DNA of 64,000 bases from Chrysomallon squamiferum (GCA_012295275.1 CM022676.1:15376001-15440000); one strand, 5' to 3'. Shown: positions 22,071 through 37,505, counted from the stretch's first letter. The notes: generated by a model from the letters alone, not told the origin. Numbers and translations are program-made.

Positions 22071-25000
22071 CGGACAATCCTTGGTCATGCCGAAATAAGA
22101 GTCTGGCTCTGAAATGTATTAATATATTAGTCTCATTTGTCTTGATGTGGTAATCATTCAGTACTCTTCGTGTTTTTAACTGTGAAGGGTATTTTTAACG
22201 TGTATATCAAATAAAGATGTTCATTCGCCGTTTATGATTCCGCCTTTAAATCGATTTAAGTAGATAATTAATAAATGAATCAAATTTTAATTTTTTACAG
22301 TCTTATTTATCTAATGGGTGAAGAGAGGTGATATATATTACTGTTTTTGTGTCGTTGTTGTTAGAAGGTTTTTCAAGTGTTTTATTTTTTTTTTCAAATG
22401 TGAGCTCTTTGAGCCTCCATCAAGTTTGTACTTTCTCCATTATATCCATTTTATTATGTTTGTGATATGTCGTATCTTCTTCTTTTTGGTTCAATGGAAA
22501 CATACATACCTATTAATTGTTTGTTGCCCGACTCTGTAACTTAACTTATTTCTGGCAGTGTTTGTTGAGGTCTACCAGAGCGAGAAGTTTGACTGTATTT
22601 GAAAAATTAATGTCTAATAAACTACTGGCAAACATCTAGCTGCCGCGGTAGCAGTAATGAATTAGTTCTGCCTGGCTTAAACAGTTCGCAGCCGAAAAAC
22701 ATTTTAAAATAATTTTCAGATCAAATATATTTTTTCTCTCTGGGGGTTTATTCTATTGAATACGTATAGTTTTAGATGTAGTCGCGGGTGTCAAATAACC
22801 AAACACATAATTCAGATTCCTAATGACTGTGGATTGTCCGTATTATTATTATTATTTGACTTTCACGGTAAACAAAGGAAAACCTGAGGGCAGTGATTAA
22901 AAATATAATGTTGTGAAATATTTTTACCTCTCTGTTAACGATTTCAATTTGCTGTGCATATGCTTCAGAACATTTTGAGAACGAATGTTTCATTGGTGTG
23001 TCGATAAACGATGTTGAGTCCTGTGTAGTAATAACTGAAGAAGAAGATGAAGACACACTGACACATGATCGATAACATCTGGATGAACGATATGAGCATG
23101 AGATCAGCAGGTAGATAATAACGATTATGACGAACAATTAAAGATAGTCTTTATGCGTTATTCTTTAGACAACGGGTCAAAAAGAAATACAATATCTAAT
23201 GTTGCAATGATTTCCCAAACCTCGCCCCACATAATTAAATATTATTAATTTAGTCTTCATTATTTACATTTTAATATTGTTTATAATATGTAGTATGGCG
23301 TGGTTTCTTACTTCAGTTAATTGAAAGTTGCCCCACTGTAACTTAGTTTATTTGTGCTAGTGTTTGTTAATTAGCTATTGCTGCCTGACCTAAGTAACAA
23401 ACATTCACTTGTTAGATAATGCATCTATACAGTGGTAGAAAACTAGCTATTTATTTCTACACTTATTCGCAGACACTGTATTAACAATGAACTTTTCAGA
23501 TATTCGTAAATAACAGCCAGGTGTACATTTGTGTGTCTCGTGCAACATTGACAAACTATTTTTATATGATCTACATATCAAACAAATCCTCACTTGCTAT
23601 ACTGGTTGTGCGAGTGTTGTCAGATCACTATAATGTGCACGGAAATATTTGGAAAACAAATACAACATTATAAAATATTCTTTAAGTATACTTTAATATT
23701 CCAACACATAAAATAAGTGAAAGACAGCTGCAAAGTAATTGATTTTAATCTACATTAGTCGTATGTATGTTTAGAAACATCGAAATTCTAAATTACAAAA
23801 CGGGCCAATTTCCCCGCGAAATAAAACACAATATTTATAGTTCTGATCAGTACGTGTTTCACAAGTATTCGCCATTATTTGCTTAGCATGGACAAACAGT
23901 CGCTACATTTTCACATATTTGATGTCTGACCATCCATGCATTTGTTAACTGTCAAACCGTCATATCTAAAACTTATCCTAGAATGTGCGCAGTTGTATTT
24001 AGTTAGCTGTTCGTTTAAAAATACGTTTAACATTTGATTAATTTGCGATAAATGATCAGTGCAATTAATACTCTTTTTTTTTTTAATCTGTCAGTTTATC
24101 TCTTTATGAGTTCTCAAACTGTCGCATCTTGAAAAAATTCCACAATATGAACGGATAGATTTTGTTAGTTGTGCAGCTAACTTTTTGTTTGTTCTAAGTG
24201 TGTTTATTTATTTATTTTTTATTTTAAGGCATAAGTCAACATGTATAAAAAGAGAGGAATCGGGATAAATGTTAAAGTAATTGTGTTTGACAGAGATAAA
24301 GTTATTTGTTTAGTTCCTAAATAGGAAACATGTTTCTTTTGATATATTTGGATAGATTTACTTTTTTATACCTACAGTGGTTTAAAGTATGCAATACTAA
24401 TTTTAATATATATCTAACGTAACACGAGTTAAGAGAGAAAACATTAAATAATTAACGTTATTCAAACTATATTTATGATATTTACATTATTATAATTTTA
24501 ATACATCAGCAATTTTGATAACAACAGACATCACAACCTAGGTGTTCGACAGCTATCAGTATAATAAACACAAACGTTCTTTCAACACTTAGTTTAATTT
24601 TCGATACTTTAGTAATCTTTATTAATTTACACTGTAGTCGAGTAACAACATAATAGCTGAACTCATACACTGCTCTTAATACTTTGTGTGTATGATTCTT
24701 CATTTCATTTATGTAACTTAGACTTATATATACATCAGCATTTCTCAAAATGGATTTTTCACGAGCTCCCATTGACTCCCTGTCAAACAGCAGGTAAATA
24801 AACCAGTCATGTCCATAGATCCAACATTTATGAGCATAAAATCCATATTCCATTTCCATTTTCTATCGTCAGGATCGTTATGAAAACACATTTGTAAAAT
24901 GAAATCAAATAAAAACATGAATAACACAAATAATGAATTTTGAAATATTTCAGGACTTTACTGTTACAGGCAATGATTTTCGCAAGAAAAATAACAATGA

Positions 25001-26915
25001 AAGTAATTAAAATGGCAACCTTTAGAGGATATGACTGTTTTAAATCAAATTTAAGTTCCTTAGGCCTTTTAACAAAATATATGTCATATCATGTTAACTA
25101 TAGGCTAATAGGTAACAGATAAATAAGGAATAATAATAAGTTATTGATTAATGTATTTTATAGTTCAAATACAGTAAATATGCATGTTATATATTATATC
25201 TATTTGGGATAGTTCAGAATTGGATTGTTCAACTGATAGTGACTGTGACAAATCACTAATCACTTGTGTTACAGAAACTCGTGCAAACAGACTGACACTT
25301 CTTCCACAACAACTGAATGCACGACCTGATCGTGAGATCAGCATGCAGATAATAGGTGTAAATAAATAAATAAATAATAAGAATAATATTAATAATAAAA
25401 AGAAATAGTAATCCTTTTTTCGTACCATTAGGGAGTAGAAAAGTTCATAATATAGTTTGTTTTCATTTCTGTTTTCACTGTTAAGTCGTTATTATTTTAT
25501 TTCAGTTCCAGTAGCATTATCTAGTGACAACAGAGGATCGTTTAAAGACCAGCGAGACTTTATTTTCAACCATTCATGATATCATCATGTATATTTTGAA
25601 CAGATAAAATGTATTAAATAAAATAAGACTAACTCACATTTGGAGAATTAATAAAAACGAAATTAACATTTAACCATTCTTGAGTGCACTTCCCGCCATA
25701 TTTATTTATTGATTTATTGATTTATTTAATTACTTAATTATTTATTTATTTAATTCATTTTTTAAAATATTTTAGTACACCTAATTCGTGTCGCAATACA
25801 GAATTTCATGTCACACCACCTTGTAATTTGTAGACATCATATTTAGTGACGAATATAAACATCTTTTTCACAATCTAACAAAATCTGTAGACGCCCAATG
25901 AAGTAACACATATATATTGAGATTTCATGATTGGTTTACTGAAATATTATAGTGTATTGTGAACATTAAATCTGCTTTTGTAAATGAATTAAAATTCAAT
26001 ATAAGGCCGACACCATTAAGAACATTTGTACGAGATATATATTATGATGTGCTTATGATTTTAGGATTTCTGTAAACATTTCAGCGGTCTTAATTTATTT
26101 TGATAGTTCTTGACCAAATTATTGAAGATGGCAGCCAGTTGTCTGTTATTTACCCTAGTAATGTGTTCAGTAAATCACTTTTAATCTAGCTTTATCAAGA
26201 AACTCTGAAATTATGAGCATAAAGGTTGTCTGGAAGTTCTGTACATTCTTTCTTCAGTCACAAAATGTATATGGACTTATAGACTGAAAGTGAGGTGTCC
26301 CTCGCGTAACGTACTTCCGTGTAAACTGGTCTGTACTAGAATCACCTATGTATTTTTCTACTTGTTCACTCGATATCTCCCTTCTCTGTCTGAAATCCTT
26401 CAGACAACCTTGGCGAGGATCTTGTCAAGAACTAAATTCACCAGTCTTGATGGACTAGCTGATATCGTTATGATATGTGATTTTTTTTTCTAGCAAAAAA
26501 GAATTCAAAGGATGATCTATACATAGATTAGCTTTTGTGGTCAGTTTCCATAACTCATTTCATAGACATATTATCGTATCTAATTTACTGAAATGTTTCT
26601 AATGATATGAATTCAAAATATAGCATACGAACATCTGTTGCCTTCGTGGGTCAGATTGTATACAATCTAACAATTGTCGAAATTGCATCAGTAGCATAAC
26701 ATTCTAACCAAAATGAAGGTTAGAAAGCATTTAGTATATTTAGAAAATGAAGGTAAGGTATACATGTTATAATGGAGGCTAGAAATGATGAAAGATAATG
26801 AAGATAATATAGCGCAGTGAGTCATGTCAGTGTCACTCGATGGGATTGTTCATCCTTTAAACTCAGAAATGTGAGGATCAGCTTCGTCTAACTTGTTTGA
26901 ATCTTTATTTGTCAG

Positions 26916-27204
<289 letters not shown>

Positions 27205-27892
27205 GTGAATGTCCATAGTCCTTTTTTTCGTCTACAATATATTTGACGCTATCATTATGTGCTCTTTGATCTGCGACCAAAAAAAGTAGTTTCTTGACAT
27301 AAACTTTCAAAACGGAATACACTGACAGCATCTCAAAATTCTGTCAGAAAACGGCAGTATATCAAAACTTATTAATTATTTAACAATTGTACTTATTAAT
27401 GTAATACCAAAGTTCAATTATCTCATCATATTCATCATTACGCTTCTGAAATATGTACATAATTTATTAACAGTTAAGAAAAAATAGTATTTCTAAAATG
27501 CTTGTCCTTACCACTAATTTCTGTTCTGATTACTGATTCACTAAAATACATTTTTTAGAAAAAGCGTACGCAACTTACACTTAAATAGATATGCGCCTGT
27601 GGAAGGAATGAAAATAAATTTGAAAAAAAGGCATACGGCTAAATTATTATTTCAGTAACTATATGTCTGAGCATGAGTATGTTTGTACACATTTAAGCCT
27701 TTCATTACTTTGATATTAGAAATACTGGTTGCCGGTATTTATAACAACACTAGAAACATATCGGCATATCTATATTACTGAACTTTACTTTTATTACCGA
27801 ATATTTGTTACATTATTTTCTTCATGTTTGTTATTTTGTTTCTTGTTGGTTATTCTAACTCACAGATCATATATACCTGGTTATTATTTCAG

Positions 27893-28037
27893 TACCAGTA
27901 CGGTTAGTGAATGGAAGAGGAATACCAACACAAGGACGAGTTGAGATTCAAGTAAACGGGACGTGGGGAACAATTTGTAAATCTGGTTTTGACACAAGAG
28001 ACGCTGGTGTTATCTGCTCAATGATGGGATTTAGTCG
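27893..28037 (+). CDS. SRCR domain 1, exon a
   Basis: ttcAG|..[48 protein letters not shown]|GTaaaa; 145 nt, phase 1 to 2. Confidence 0.95.
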
Positions 28038-28104
28038 GTAAAAAAAAAAATAAATAAATAAATAAATAAATAAATATACCAAAGTATTTACCAAAGTACT
28101 ATTG

Positions 28105-28151
<47 letters not shown>

Positions 28152-28698
28152 ACTACTACTAGTACTACTTCTACTACTACGGCTGCTACTACTATTATTA
28201 CTTTTATCTTAATCTGCCACTTGATCTGTTTCCGAGATGTGTGTTAAAACGAAATTAGCATCATCAACTCTAGTCTATTTGTTATTTTGTGTCTCTGAAT
28301 CATATGTAAAACATAACGGAATACACATTTCTTTTTTTAATGAAGTAACAAAATGATTATTTGACTGGTTTCATGATACTTAGGAGGTTAGTATTAACAT
28401 ATTTGGCTTTTTTTTCTTCATTTTATTGATGAATATAAAAGAGGAAACACTTTTGTTTATTTTCTTTATTGTTTCAAATGATATGAATCTGAAAACAAAG
28501 TTACACAGTAACGTTCTCAAAGACAGGAATACATATTTCTATACTCGTTGTTTTAACTTAAAGAAATAACAATCCAATAAGAAAAATGAATACGATAGAC
28601 TCTGTCATTCATCATTCTATAGGAAAGACAAGTTTCATTACAGCCTTTAATTTTGTTAAAATGTTTAAGATGAATAGCCATTTAAAGTGATTTATATT

Positions 28699-28754
<56 letters not shown>

Positions 28755-28757
28755 CAG

Positions 28758-28933
28758 TGGCGGAGCAAAGATCTTTACAAATTATCCACCATACTTTGGA
28801 GAAGGTACAGGCCCAGTATGGATAAGTGAACTTCATTGTGGAGGAAATGAAAGATATGTTGAACAGTGCAGATTCCCTGGTTGGAGAAAAAATAACTGTG
28901 GTCACTATAACGATGTCAGCATACGCTGTCTAG
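28758..28933 (+). CDS. SRCR domain 1, exon b
   Basis: ttcAG|..GGAKIFTNYPPYFGEGTGPVWISELHCGGNERYVEQCRFPGWRKNNCGHYNDVSIRCL|GTtcgt; 176 nt, phase 2 to 1. Confidence 0.95.
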
Positions 28934-29709
28934 GTTCGTTATGTACATGCCAAATATTTGCAGTCTTTGTGTTTCTTTGCGAAAATATTTAGAATTTGAA
29001 AGAGATGGTGCATTACTAAACTGAATTAGAGACATATCAATACTTACATAATAACAAGTATTAAAGAGAAAAAAATAAATAAACAGCCGATTTTATTTGT
29101 TCTCATATATTATGTTCAAGCTACATAATATTTTGTCTTTGAAAATATAATACATCACTGAGGAATTTATATTCATCAAAAATTATTTTACCTCAACTTA
29201 AGTGTTTAATTTCGCAAATCAGTTTAATGTTAACTTACTAAAATCTCTTCAGTATAAAAATCAACAGAAATATTTTAATTCGATTATCATAGTTCCCCGT
29301 TATACATCAATTTAAGTTTTTCTATAAACGTGTTACTGTGTATTCCCTCTTTTGTTGTTGCTGTTACCGAGGTTCTTCTTCTTATTACTTTTGTAAGTGT
29401 AAAAAAAAAAAAAAAATAATAAAAAAAAAAAAAATAATAATAATAATAATAATAATGATAATAATAATAATAATAGTAATAATGATAATAATAATAATAA
29501 TAATAATGATGATGATGAGCCTAAGTAGCAAACAAAAAATGAACGAAACAATTAGGATAATCACAGAGCTAAAGAACGGCAGAACGACGGATACATTTTT
29601 TGTCAAAAAAAAAAAAAAAAAAAAAGTGTCGGGGAAAAGTTGTGTGTATAGGCAATAATTTCTGCCATTTTATTAACACTGAAATGAAATGACTTATCCT
29701 TTGTTTTAG

Positions 29710-29854
29710 TGTCTATTAGACTAGTCAATGGTGGAGATATTCCAACTCAGGGTCGAGTTGAGATCAAACATAACGATACATGGGGAACTGTGTGTGGTGA
29801 CAAATTTGACAACAAAGACGCAGGCTTTATCTGTACACTTTTAGGATTCAGTCA
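29710..29854 (+). CDS. SRCR domain 2, exon a
   Basis: tttAG|..[48 protein letters not shown]|GTaaga; 145 nt. Confidence 0.95.
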
Positions 29855-30052
29855 GTAAGAATGTTTTACCTTCAGTTAAACTGATTCTGTTAAAAACAAT
29901 GATAAAATATCAGCACATTTATATTTCCGCCACACAAACTAATCTAAAGTTGCGAATTACGATTTGTGTTTGAAATTATTCCGTATTATAGCCTCACCAA
30001 TAGTTGTACTAACCAAGATCAGAGAACTCAGTTTGTGTTTTGTAAATCCTAG

Positions 30053-30228
30053 ATTTAACGCAAAGACGTATAAGAATGCTGACTTTGGAGAAGGAGCAGG
30101 ACCAGTGTGGGTTGATCATGTTAACTGTGTTAAAGATCAGAATGGAGTGAATCACTGCTCTTTCTCTGACTGGGGTAAAACAAACTGCAGTCATAAACAG
30201 GATTTGGGAATCAGCTGTTTACGACACA
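30053..30228 (+). CDS. SRCR domain 2, exon b
   Basis: cctAG|..FNAKTYKNADFGEGAGPVWVDHVNCVKDQNGVNHCSFSDWGKTNCSHKQDLGISCLRH|GTaagt; 176 nt. Confidence 0.95.
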
Positions 30229-30430
30229 GTAAGTTACTTTTGTTAATTGAGTTATTGCATTTTTCAGTTCTATTGTTTTTTCTTGTATTATTTTATGGTC
30301 TACTTAAACTAGGAACAAAATGTTTAGCACTAAATGTAAAATGTAGAAACGAAAAGCCAGTTACGTGAAAAGTATCTGCTGTATCTTTAACAGTCTAAGT
30401 TTTATGATATAATGCCACATGACTTTAGGC

Positions 30431-30541
<111 letters not shown>

Positions 30542-30860
30542 GAATTAGCTGAGAGGTTCGGTTGCGTATTCTTCCTTGAATATTTTATTTTTATTTTGGC
30601 ATAGTTATTGGAAAACAACTACTTTTCGCAATACAAAATACATTTTGAAAAGAAATCAAATTATCAGCATTCCCTTTAAGATGTCTGTGGCTATATGTAT
30701 ACAGAATACTTACATACAAAGACACACACATACACACAACGTTACACTCGTATGTATGTGGAAACACTTTTTTGTAAAAACTGCATGGTCGATTTTGTAT
30801 GAACATATTTGTATCAAGAATTATAGTTTCTCTTTTGATCGTTACTTGAATTGATTTCAG

Positions 30861-31005
30861 TTTCTGTTCGACTGGTCAATGGAGGAGGAACTGCAATACG
30901 AGGCAGACTTGAAATAGAAAACAACGGGACATGGGGAACTGTCTGTGATAATGAATTTGATGACAGAGATGCTTCTGTCATGTGTCACACACTGGGCTTT
31001 AGTCG
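30861..31005 (+). CDS. SRCR domain 3, exon a
   Basis: ttcAG|..SVRLVNGGGTAIRGRLEIENNGTWGTVCDNEFDDRDASVMCHTLGFSR|GTaaat; 145 nt. Confidence 0.95.
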
Positions 31006-31593
31006 GTAAATATCTTTTCCGAAATATTCTGATTTATATCTAACAGTATAAAGATACATATTCAAGATACATTATATATATATATTCCTACCTAGAAATT
31101 GAGGAACTCTGCCCGCCATTTCTAGGTAGGAAAATATTTAACAGCAATATTTCAAAACTAAAAATAGGTAGTAATTTTGATCTACTTTTCTTTTATTTTA
31201 ACTTAAATTATTCTTATACGTTGATGTAAAATTCGAATTGTATAAGATAATATTATTGTGGTCATCTGTATAAGTCTTTTGTGATACTTGCAATTATATT
31301 GCTGCACATAGCTTTCTTCATCTAAATACATCTGACATGATTAAAATGTTGTTCATTATTGTACAATAATACAAATATTAATTTAGGAAAATGTTTTAAG
31401 CCTAAAATTAGTGTACATTTTATTAATAAATTAATGATGAAAAAATACAGATTCAATAAGTGAATTATGAATTGTTAGTATTTATACATTATTTTTAGAA
31501 CGTACAATCTAAAATTTACGGGAAAAGGAGTCCCTAAGTAAGATGAGGAAAAACCCTTATTATTCTATTTTGTAATCTAATTATTATTATTAC

Positions 31594-31662
<69 letters not shown>

Positions 31663-31676
31663 CGTTATTGTTATTG

Positions 31677-31721
<45 letters not shown>

Positions 31722-31732
31722 ACTGTTTTCAG

Positions 31733-31908
31733 TTTGGAAGCCAAATCCTACAGATCATCTCAGTTTGGACAAGGCAGTGGACCTATTTGGCTTGATGGAC
31801 TTGACTGTAAGGGAGATGAAAAACGTGTAGACTATTGTTCATTCTCTACTTGGGGTGACAACAACTGTAGTCATAATCAAGACGTGGGAATCAGCTGCTT
31901 GTATCGCT
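31733..31908 (+). CDS. SRCR domain 3, exon b
   Basis: ttcAG|..LEAKSYRSSQFGQGSGPIWLDGLDCKGDEKRVDYCSFSTWGDNNCSHNQDVGISCLYR|GTaagt; 176 nt. Confidence 0.95.
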
Positions 31909-33647
31909 GTAAGTAGAGATATATAGAATTAGTAAAATTAATAATAAGAACACATTTAGTAAACATATTAAAAGTGTCCAATCCAGGAGATGTAACAAAA
32001 ATAATAAAAACAAGAAAAACAAAAATAAATAAATAAATAAAATCTGAAGGTTTATGTTATTTTAATTGATGTGTTTTCCATGTGTGATGAGTTTCTCTTT
32101 GATATCAGAATAAGACAATATGAAGGGTTTGATTGTTGTGTAAATTTTGTTTCACTAACAGATAGTATACACATACATACAGTTGTTAATAGTGTAGTGC
32201 CGATTTAAAACGCTCCTTATCAGTTCTTGAGACAGTGTTAAAAATCATTAGTATTATTATTGTTATTATTAATATTATCTTTTCTTGTATCCCATATATC
32301 AGTATTATCTTTTAATATTAATGTTTGCTATTTAAATACGTTCATTGGCTATTTTTATGTGTCGATAATATTTACTAAAGAATCAGTCTGTACCAGACGA
32401 AGTAGCCCGCTAAAAGTCGAATACCACCTACTTCATCGTCTGGTAACAAGTGTAAGTAACACTCGGGTGGACTTCACTGTATCTCACTATATCGCATGCA
32501 CCAGTGACAGACTAATTTCATCTGACTTACATAAGAAACAAACAGACATCCCTATATTAGTATCGTTTGAGAACCATTGCACGTACAATGATATAAATGG
32601 AAAAGGAAAAGAGCATTATAAAATTATGTTTAGGTACGCGATAACTTTTTATAGCATACAATGAGAAAATAAAATAAAAGCTACAAAATAATTAGCATTA
32701 ATCTACAATGGCTGTATATACAGAATCATTCGAAACCGGAAAGTACGAAACGGACTGTTTTCCTCGCAAAACACGATAAACGTTTTAAGGTTCTCATCAG
32801 TCTGTGTTTCACAAGTATATGCTATTATTATTTGTTTAGAATGGACGACTAGAATATACATATTAACGTATTTAATATATGTCTGTCTTTACTTTTGTGA
32901 ACTATTTTTCCCGCGATATATAACAAAATATTTATAGTTGTCGTCAGTCCGCATTTAGCGTGGACGAACAGTCGCTATATTTTTAGCATATTCAGTGTCT
33001 GAGTGTCCACCCTTTCATCTGTGAATCAGTCATATCTGAAAATTCAATGTGAACAGTTGGTTTCAGTTAGCTGTCCGGTTGAAAACTACTTTTAGTATAT
33101 TTTTAGACTGCGACAATGGATATAACTATTTTTTTTTTTTGATGTGTCTCTCTTTTCAGGTTTATAAATTGTCAAAAAGTTATATCCAGAAACATCCTAC
33201 ATTGTCTACAGCTGGATTAAGTCAGCGTTCCTGTTACAAGGTTAAAGAGTGACAGGCAACTTTTTACTATATATACACATATACATACACTACCGAAATC
33301 GAGCTATTAATATGTATACAGTTAACAGCCAAGAAAACATTCCAAAATTATTCTCATATACAGTATAATTATTTTCTCATAGGTTTTTTAAGTTGTACAT
33401 ATACGGTTTTGCATACTGATTCCGGATGTGAAATAACTAAAACTATGCTGAATAAATGTGATTGCCTGTAAGAAAGGACGAGTACAAACATTTATTATTG
33501 CTGTTGTCATTGTTGTTTCTGTTATTGTTGATGTTGTTGTTCTTGTTGTCGTTAATATCATTATTATTATTGTTGTTCTTGCTGTTATTATTATTATTAT
33601 TATTATTATTGTTGTTGTTATTATTATTGTTATTATTATTATTGTTA

Positions 33648-33686
<39 letters not shown>

Positions 33687-33689
33687 GTT

Positions 33690-35330
33690 GACGTTCACGA
33701 TAAACAAAGGGAAACCTAAGAGCAACGATAATATTTGTATCATTGTACAATAATGAACAACAATTTAATCATGTCAGATGTATTTAGATGAAGAATATGT
33801 TTTACCTCCGTCTCGGCTCACAATTTCAATTTCGTTTGAATGTGCTTCACACAATTTTCATATCGCATGTTTCACTGGTGTGTCCATAAACGTTGTTCAG
33901 TCCTGTGTAATAGTAACTGAGAAAGAGGAAGAAGATGAAGAAGTTAACTTTCAAAGATTTAAATGTATCTGATTATCTATATTGTTGTTGTTGTTGTTGT
34001 TATTATCATCATCGTCGTTGTTGTTGTTGTTGTTTTTATTATTATTATTATTAGTAGTAGTAGTAGTAGTAGCAGTAGTTGTTCTATTGTTGTTATTTTG
34101 TTGTTGCTGCTGTCTTCATCATTGTTATTGTTACTGAGCAGTTACTATAATTTATCATCTCACAAATGCTGATAAACGTAAATTATTTCTTTCTTTTACT
34201 ATCTTTTCCACACTTTTGTGCAGACTCTGTATTAACAATGAATCTGCCAGGTCGTCGTAAATAACACCCGAGACTACGTTTGTTCTCGTGTGACACACTA
34301 TTTTTAATCTGACCTACATAAGAAACAAACACACACTGGCTATAATGCTACTCCGAATATCACTTGAGCACCATTAAATTGTACATGGAAATATCTGAAA
34401 TACGAAAGGAACATTTTGAAGCTAGCGTTACGTATGTTATAACGTTCTGACTGTCACGGAATTCAGATTGCGTAATCAAATGTGTTACTTCAATAAGAGA
34501 TCCGCTCCTTGTATGTTTAAGCGATGAAATCAAATTGCTAGAATCACATCCGCTCTTTTTATTGGTTCCGTTAATTTTTCAACCCATGGCGTTGTTATAA
34601 AAAAGCTAGCATTTTGGTTATTAACAGGTTACTCTGATTAGCACGTTAATATTTTCAGTTCAGTTCAGTTCAGTTCAGGTAATTAAGAGGAGAGCAGAGC
34701 GAAGTTAGCGAAGTAAGCGAGAGCGAAAGCGAAAGAAACGGTCAAGACGAGAATTCACTTGTGTCAATAACATGTATTATACCTAAATGTTAAGGTTTTA
34801 ATCTGTCCTCCGTGCAGATTCTTATTTTAGCTTGGTTCCCCGTATAATCTTGCTCGTATTATTACTCAGAAGTACTAAGACATATGTTTTATGATTGTAT
34901 AATGTGTACATATCAAGTCGCCTGTATATCATAATTAAATAATTAACGTGAACCTTAACTGCTGTTGAGTTTATTTCTCTAGTGGATAGATATACTTATT
35001 GATTTATATCCATTTCTGTCAATTGATCGTGTATATTCCATGTTAGCTGGCCATTAAAACACCTTGTTACCCTAGGCTGAGCCTTAATAAAACATTCAAG
35101 GTGTTTATAGGTGTGAGCCCCGTAACATTGACAAAACAATAACAAAACGACTAAGCTGCAAACTAATTAACATTAATCTACAACAGTCATATGTAAATGT
35201 CAGACCGGAGCACACTGAGCTATGGGTCAGGTTACGACATCTAACAAATACACGAGTAGAAATTATTTACTTTCCTGTTTTGAGTTCTTATTGTTTTTGA
35301 TTAACCAGATCTACCGCTGACGTCATAGCG
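33690..35330. repeat. Partial copy of duplication unit Y in the SRCR3-SRCR4 intron
   Basis: Matches 3840-4680, 18370-19310 and 52170-53065, interrupted by the solo LTR. Similarity to 53040-53690 continues to about 36110. Confidence 0.8.
34452..35127 (+). mobile_element. Solo LTR (Gypsy-like), 676 bp
   Basis: Termini TGTCACGG...CCGTAACA (8-bp inverted repeat, 1 mismatch), flanked by ctgac/ttgac (imperfect 5-bp TSD). TATA-like at ~34596 and AATAAA at ~35087. Paralogous Y copies show the empty site gttctgacaaaaca. Confidence 0.8.
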
Positions 35331-36110
35331 TCCCACAAAACTGTAAAACATGGGCAAATTTTCAAAGAGGCATAGGGGATAAAAATATCTGAATATATAT
35401 TAACAATGTCGCCTATGCAATCGAACTACATGGGCGAAATTGGAATGAAAAATGATCAACATTTATCGTATTTAAGGCTGTAACTCTGGCTTTGTTTGTA
35501 TATTCTTGTTTTTTTACTTATATGAGTGTATTTATCTTACGTATAATAGATTATTTCACGCTGTCGCAAAACTGACCAAACGTTGCTAAGGTATTTATTT
35601 TTACATTTATTTTCGTGTGTGTGGTAGCGTGTGTTATTTTATGTTTTTCTTCTTCTTCTTCTTCTTCTTCTTATTATTATTATTGTTATTATTATTATTT
35701 CCCTTTGTAACTAAAATAAAATAAATAAATGGAACAATAAAACAATGAAATAAGTAAGTAAATAAAGAAATAAATAGATCATTAAAAGTGATAATTAGAA
35801 TTTAAGAAAAATGCGTATAATTTTACACTTTCATTATGCTTTTTATATTTTTATTTTATTTTACTTAAATGTTTATGAGTTGCATCCAAAGTGTTTTCGT
35901 TTGTTTCTTATTTGAGAACATTTATTTTGTTTGTAATCCTTTGCTGCCCCAACCTGCCGCAACCCGAGGTAGTTAGAGGCAGATCGAGAATCTATAGTTT
36001 ACCTATAATCACTTAAAGACTGTAACAAACCAGGATATTCCGAATATTAGTAATTACTGTTAAATAATGACATTTTGTTTTAAACAACTACGAGGGCTTG
36101 TTTTATGATC

Positions 36111-37452
36111 TGTATTTGAAGTAGAAGTTAAAATGCTAAAAACTGTCTCGTTCTGACCTTGTTCACTAATGTGGTGAAGGTATTGTGTGGCACAAAACTG
36201 TTTGTAATCGGCGGCGTAAGTTTGTAAGCTTACTTGGTAAATAACAATTATTAGATCATGTAATACATATATTCTATAAATCTAAACTTGTGTTGTTGTG
36301 TTTCTAGTGATTTAACGTTCGCCGAATATTAATACATATACGACCTTGTTCCCCGAATACCCAAATGGAGCAGCTATCTAACCGACACAGTGAGATCTTC
36401 ATGTATAGATACTACTGTTTTGGAGGAAGAGTTTTACGAGCGTTGCGGGGTTTTGACTTACGTGAGGACATTATGTGAGGATGGTGCTAATTATAGGTCG
36501 CATTTTAATTACAGTTAGCTATCGTAATTTAGGGGTCTTCGTCCGGATTTGAAACGAAGATGAATCATCAATATAATTTTGTTGCAATTGGGGGGCTTTG
36601 TTAATGTTATTGCAAAATTACTATGTATCGACAACGTTGTTCACTAGAAAACCAATCAGTACTATAGAATATATTAACATGAATCAAAACTTTTTGGATC
36701 TGCTCATGTTAGTTCAAGTAAAACGCTCGCATAAAGAACTTCTTTAATTAGCATTCAGTGGTCAAATAAACATGCCGTAGCTCAAATAGTTGGCACAATT
36801 CGTGAAGGGATTATAAATGGTGTTTTCGGTTACAGTCCAGTCACAGAGGGTGGTATTTATTTTCCTGAGTTTGAGGTAACGGAATTAAGCGTAGACCAAC
36901 ATCTAGCTTTTCAAAAAATAGAGTTTCAAAGAGAGCAAAGAGCATTAGATGGAGAGAAGGAGAGAGACAGAAGGAACGAAGAGAGAAACAGAAGGAACAA
37001 AGATATAGAGCGGGAATGTGAATTAAGATTACGGGAGAATAATGTGAGACATTCATCCAAAAAGAGTAGAGAATATGGGAATAGTCCTTTTAACATATCA
37101 GAAGGACACAGATCAGTACCAATATTTGAAGATGGACAGATTGATACATTTTTCCAGCTATTCGAGCGAATAGACAAAGAGTTCGACTGGCTGGAAACAA
37201 AGTGGGTATTGTTGGTCATGTTGAGATTTCGAGGTAAAGCTTGTGAGGCATGTAATTAAATATCTGAGTGACCACAGTTGTACACAGTGTAAGTTGGTTA
37301 AGTGGCGGTCTTAAGAATATATGAATTGCGTCCAGAAGCGTACCGGTTCACGTATAGTGAATTGAAGGAACCTGAAGGTCAATGTTATTTAGAATATTTC
37401 CAGAAAAAAGCTTGACTATTTGATAAATGTCACGTAGAATTTGTCGCGAATA

Positions 37453-37505
<53 letters not shown>

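Noticed and set aside
25500-25580. tttcAG|ttccagtagcatta resembling the start of an SRCR exon (VPV.L)
   Set aside because: Similarity stops after about 12 nt, there are no SRCR motifs, and a stop occurs before any good donor.
26128-26169. MAASCLLFTLVMCS|gtaaat as the signal-peptide exon
   Set aside because: Its phase 0 donor does not fit the phase 1 SRCR1a acceptor without another exon, and no paralogous copy supports it. It cannot be fully excluded.
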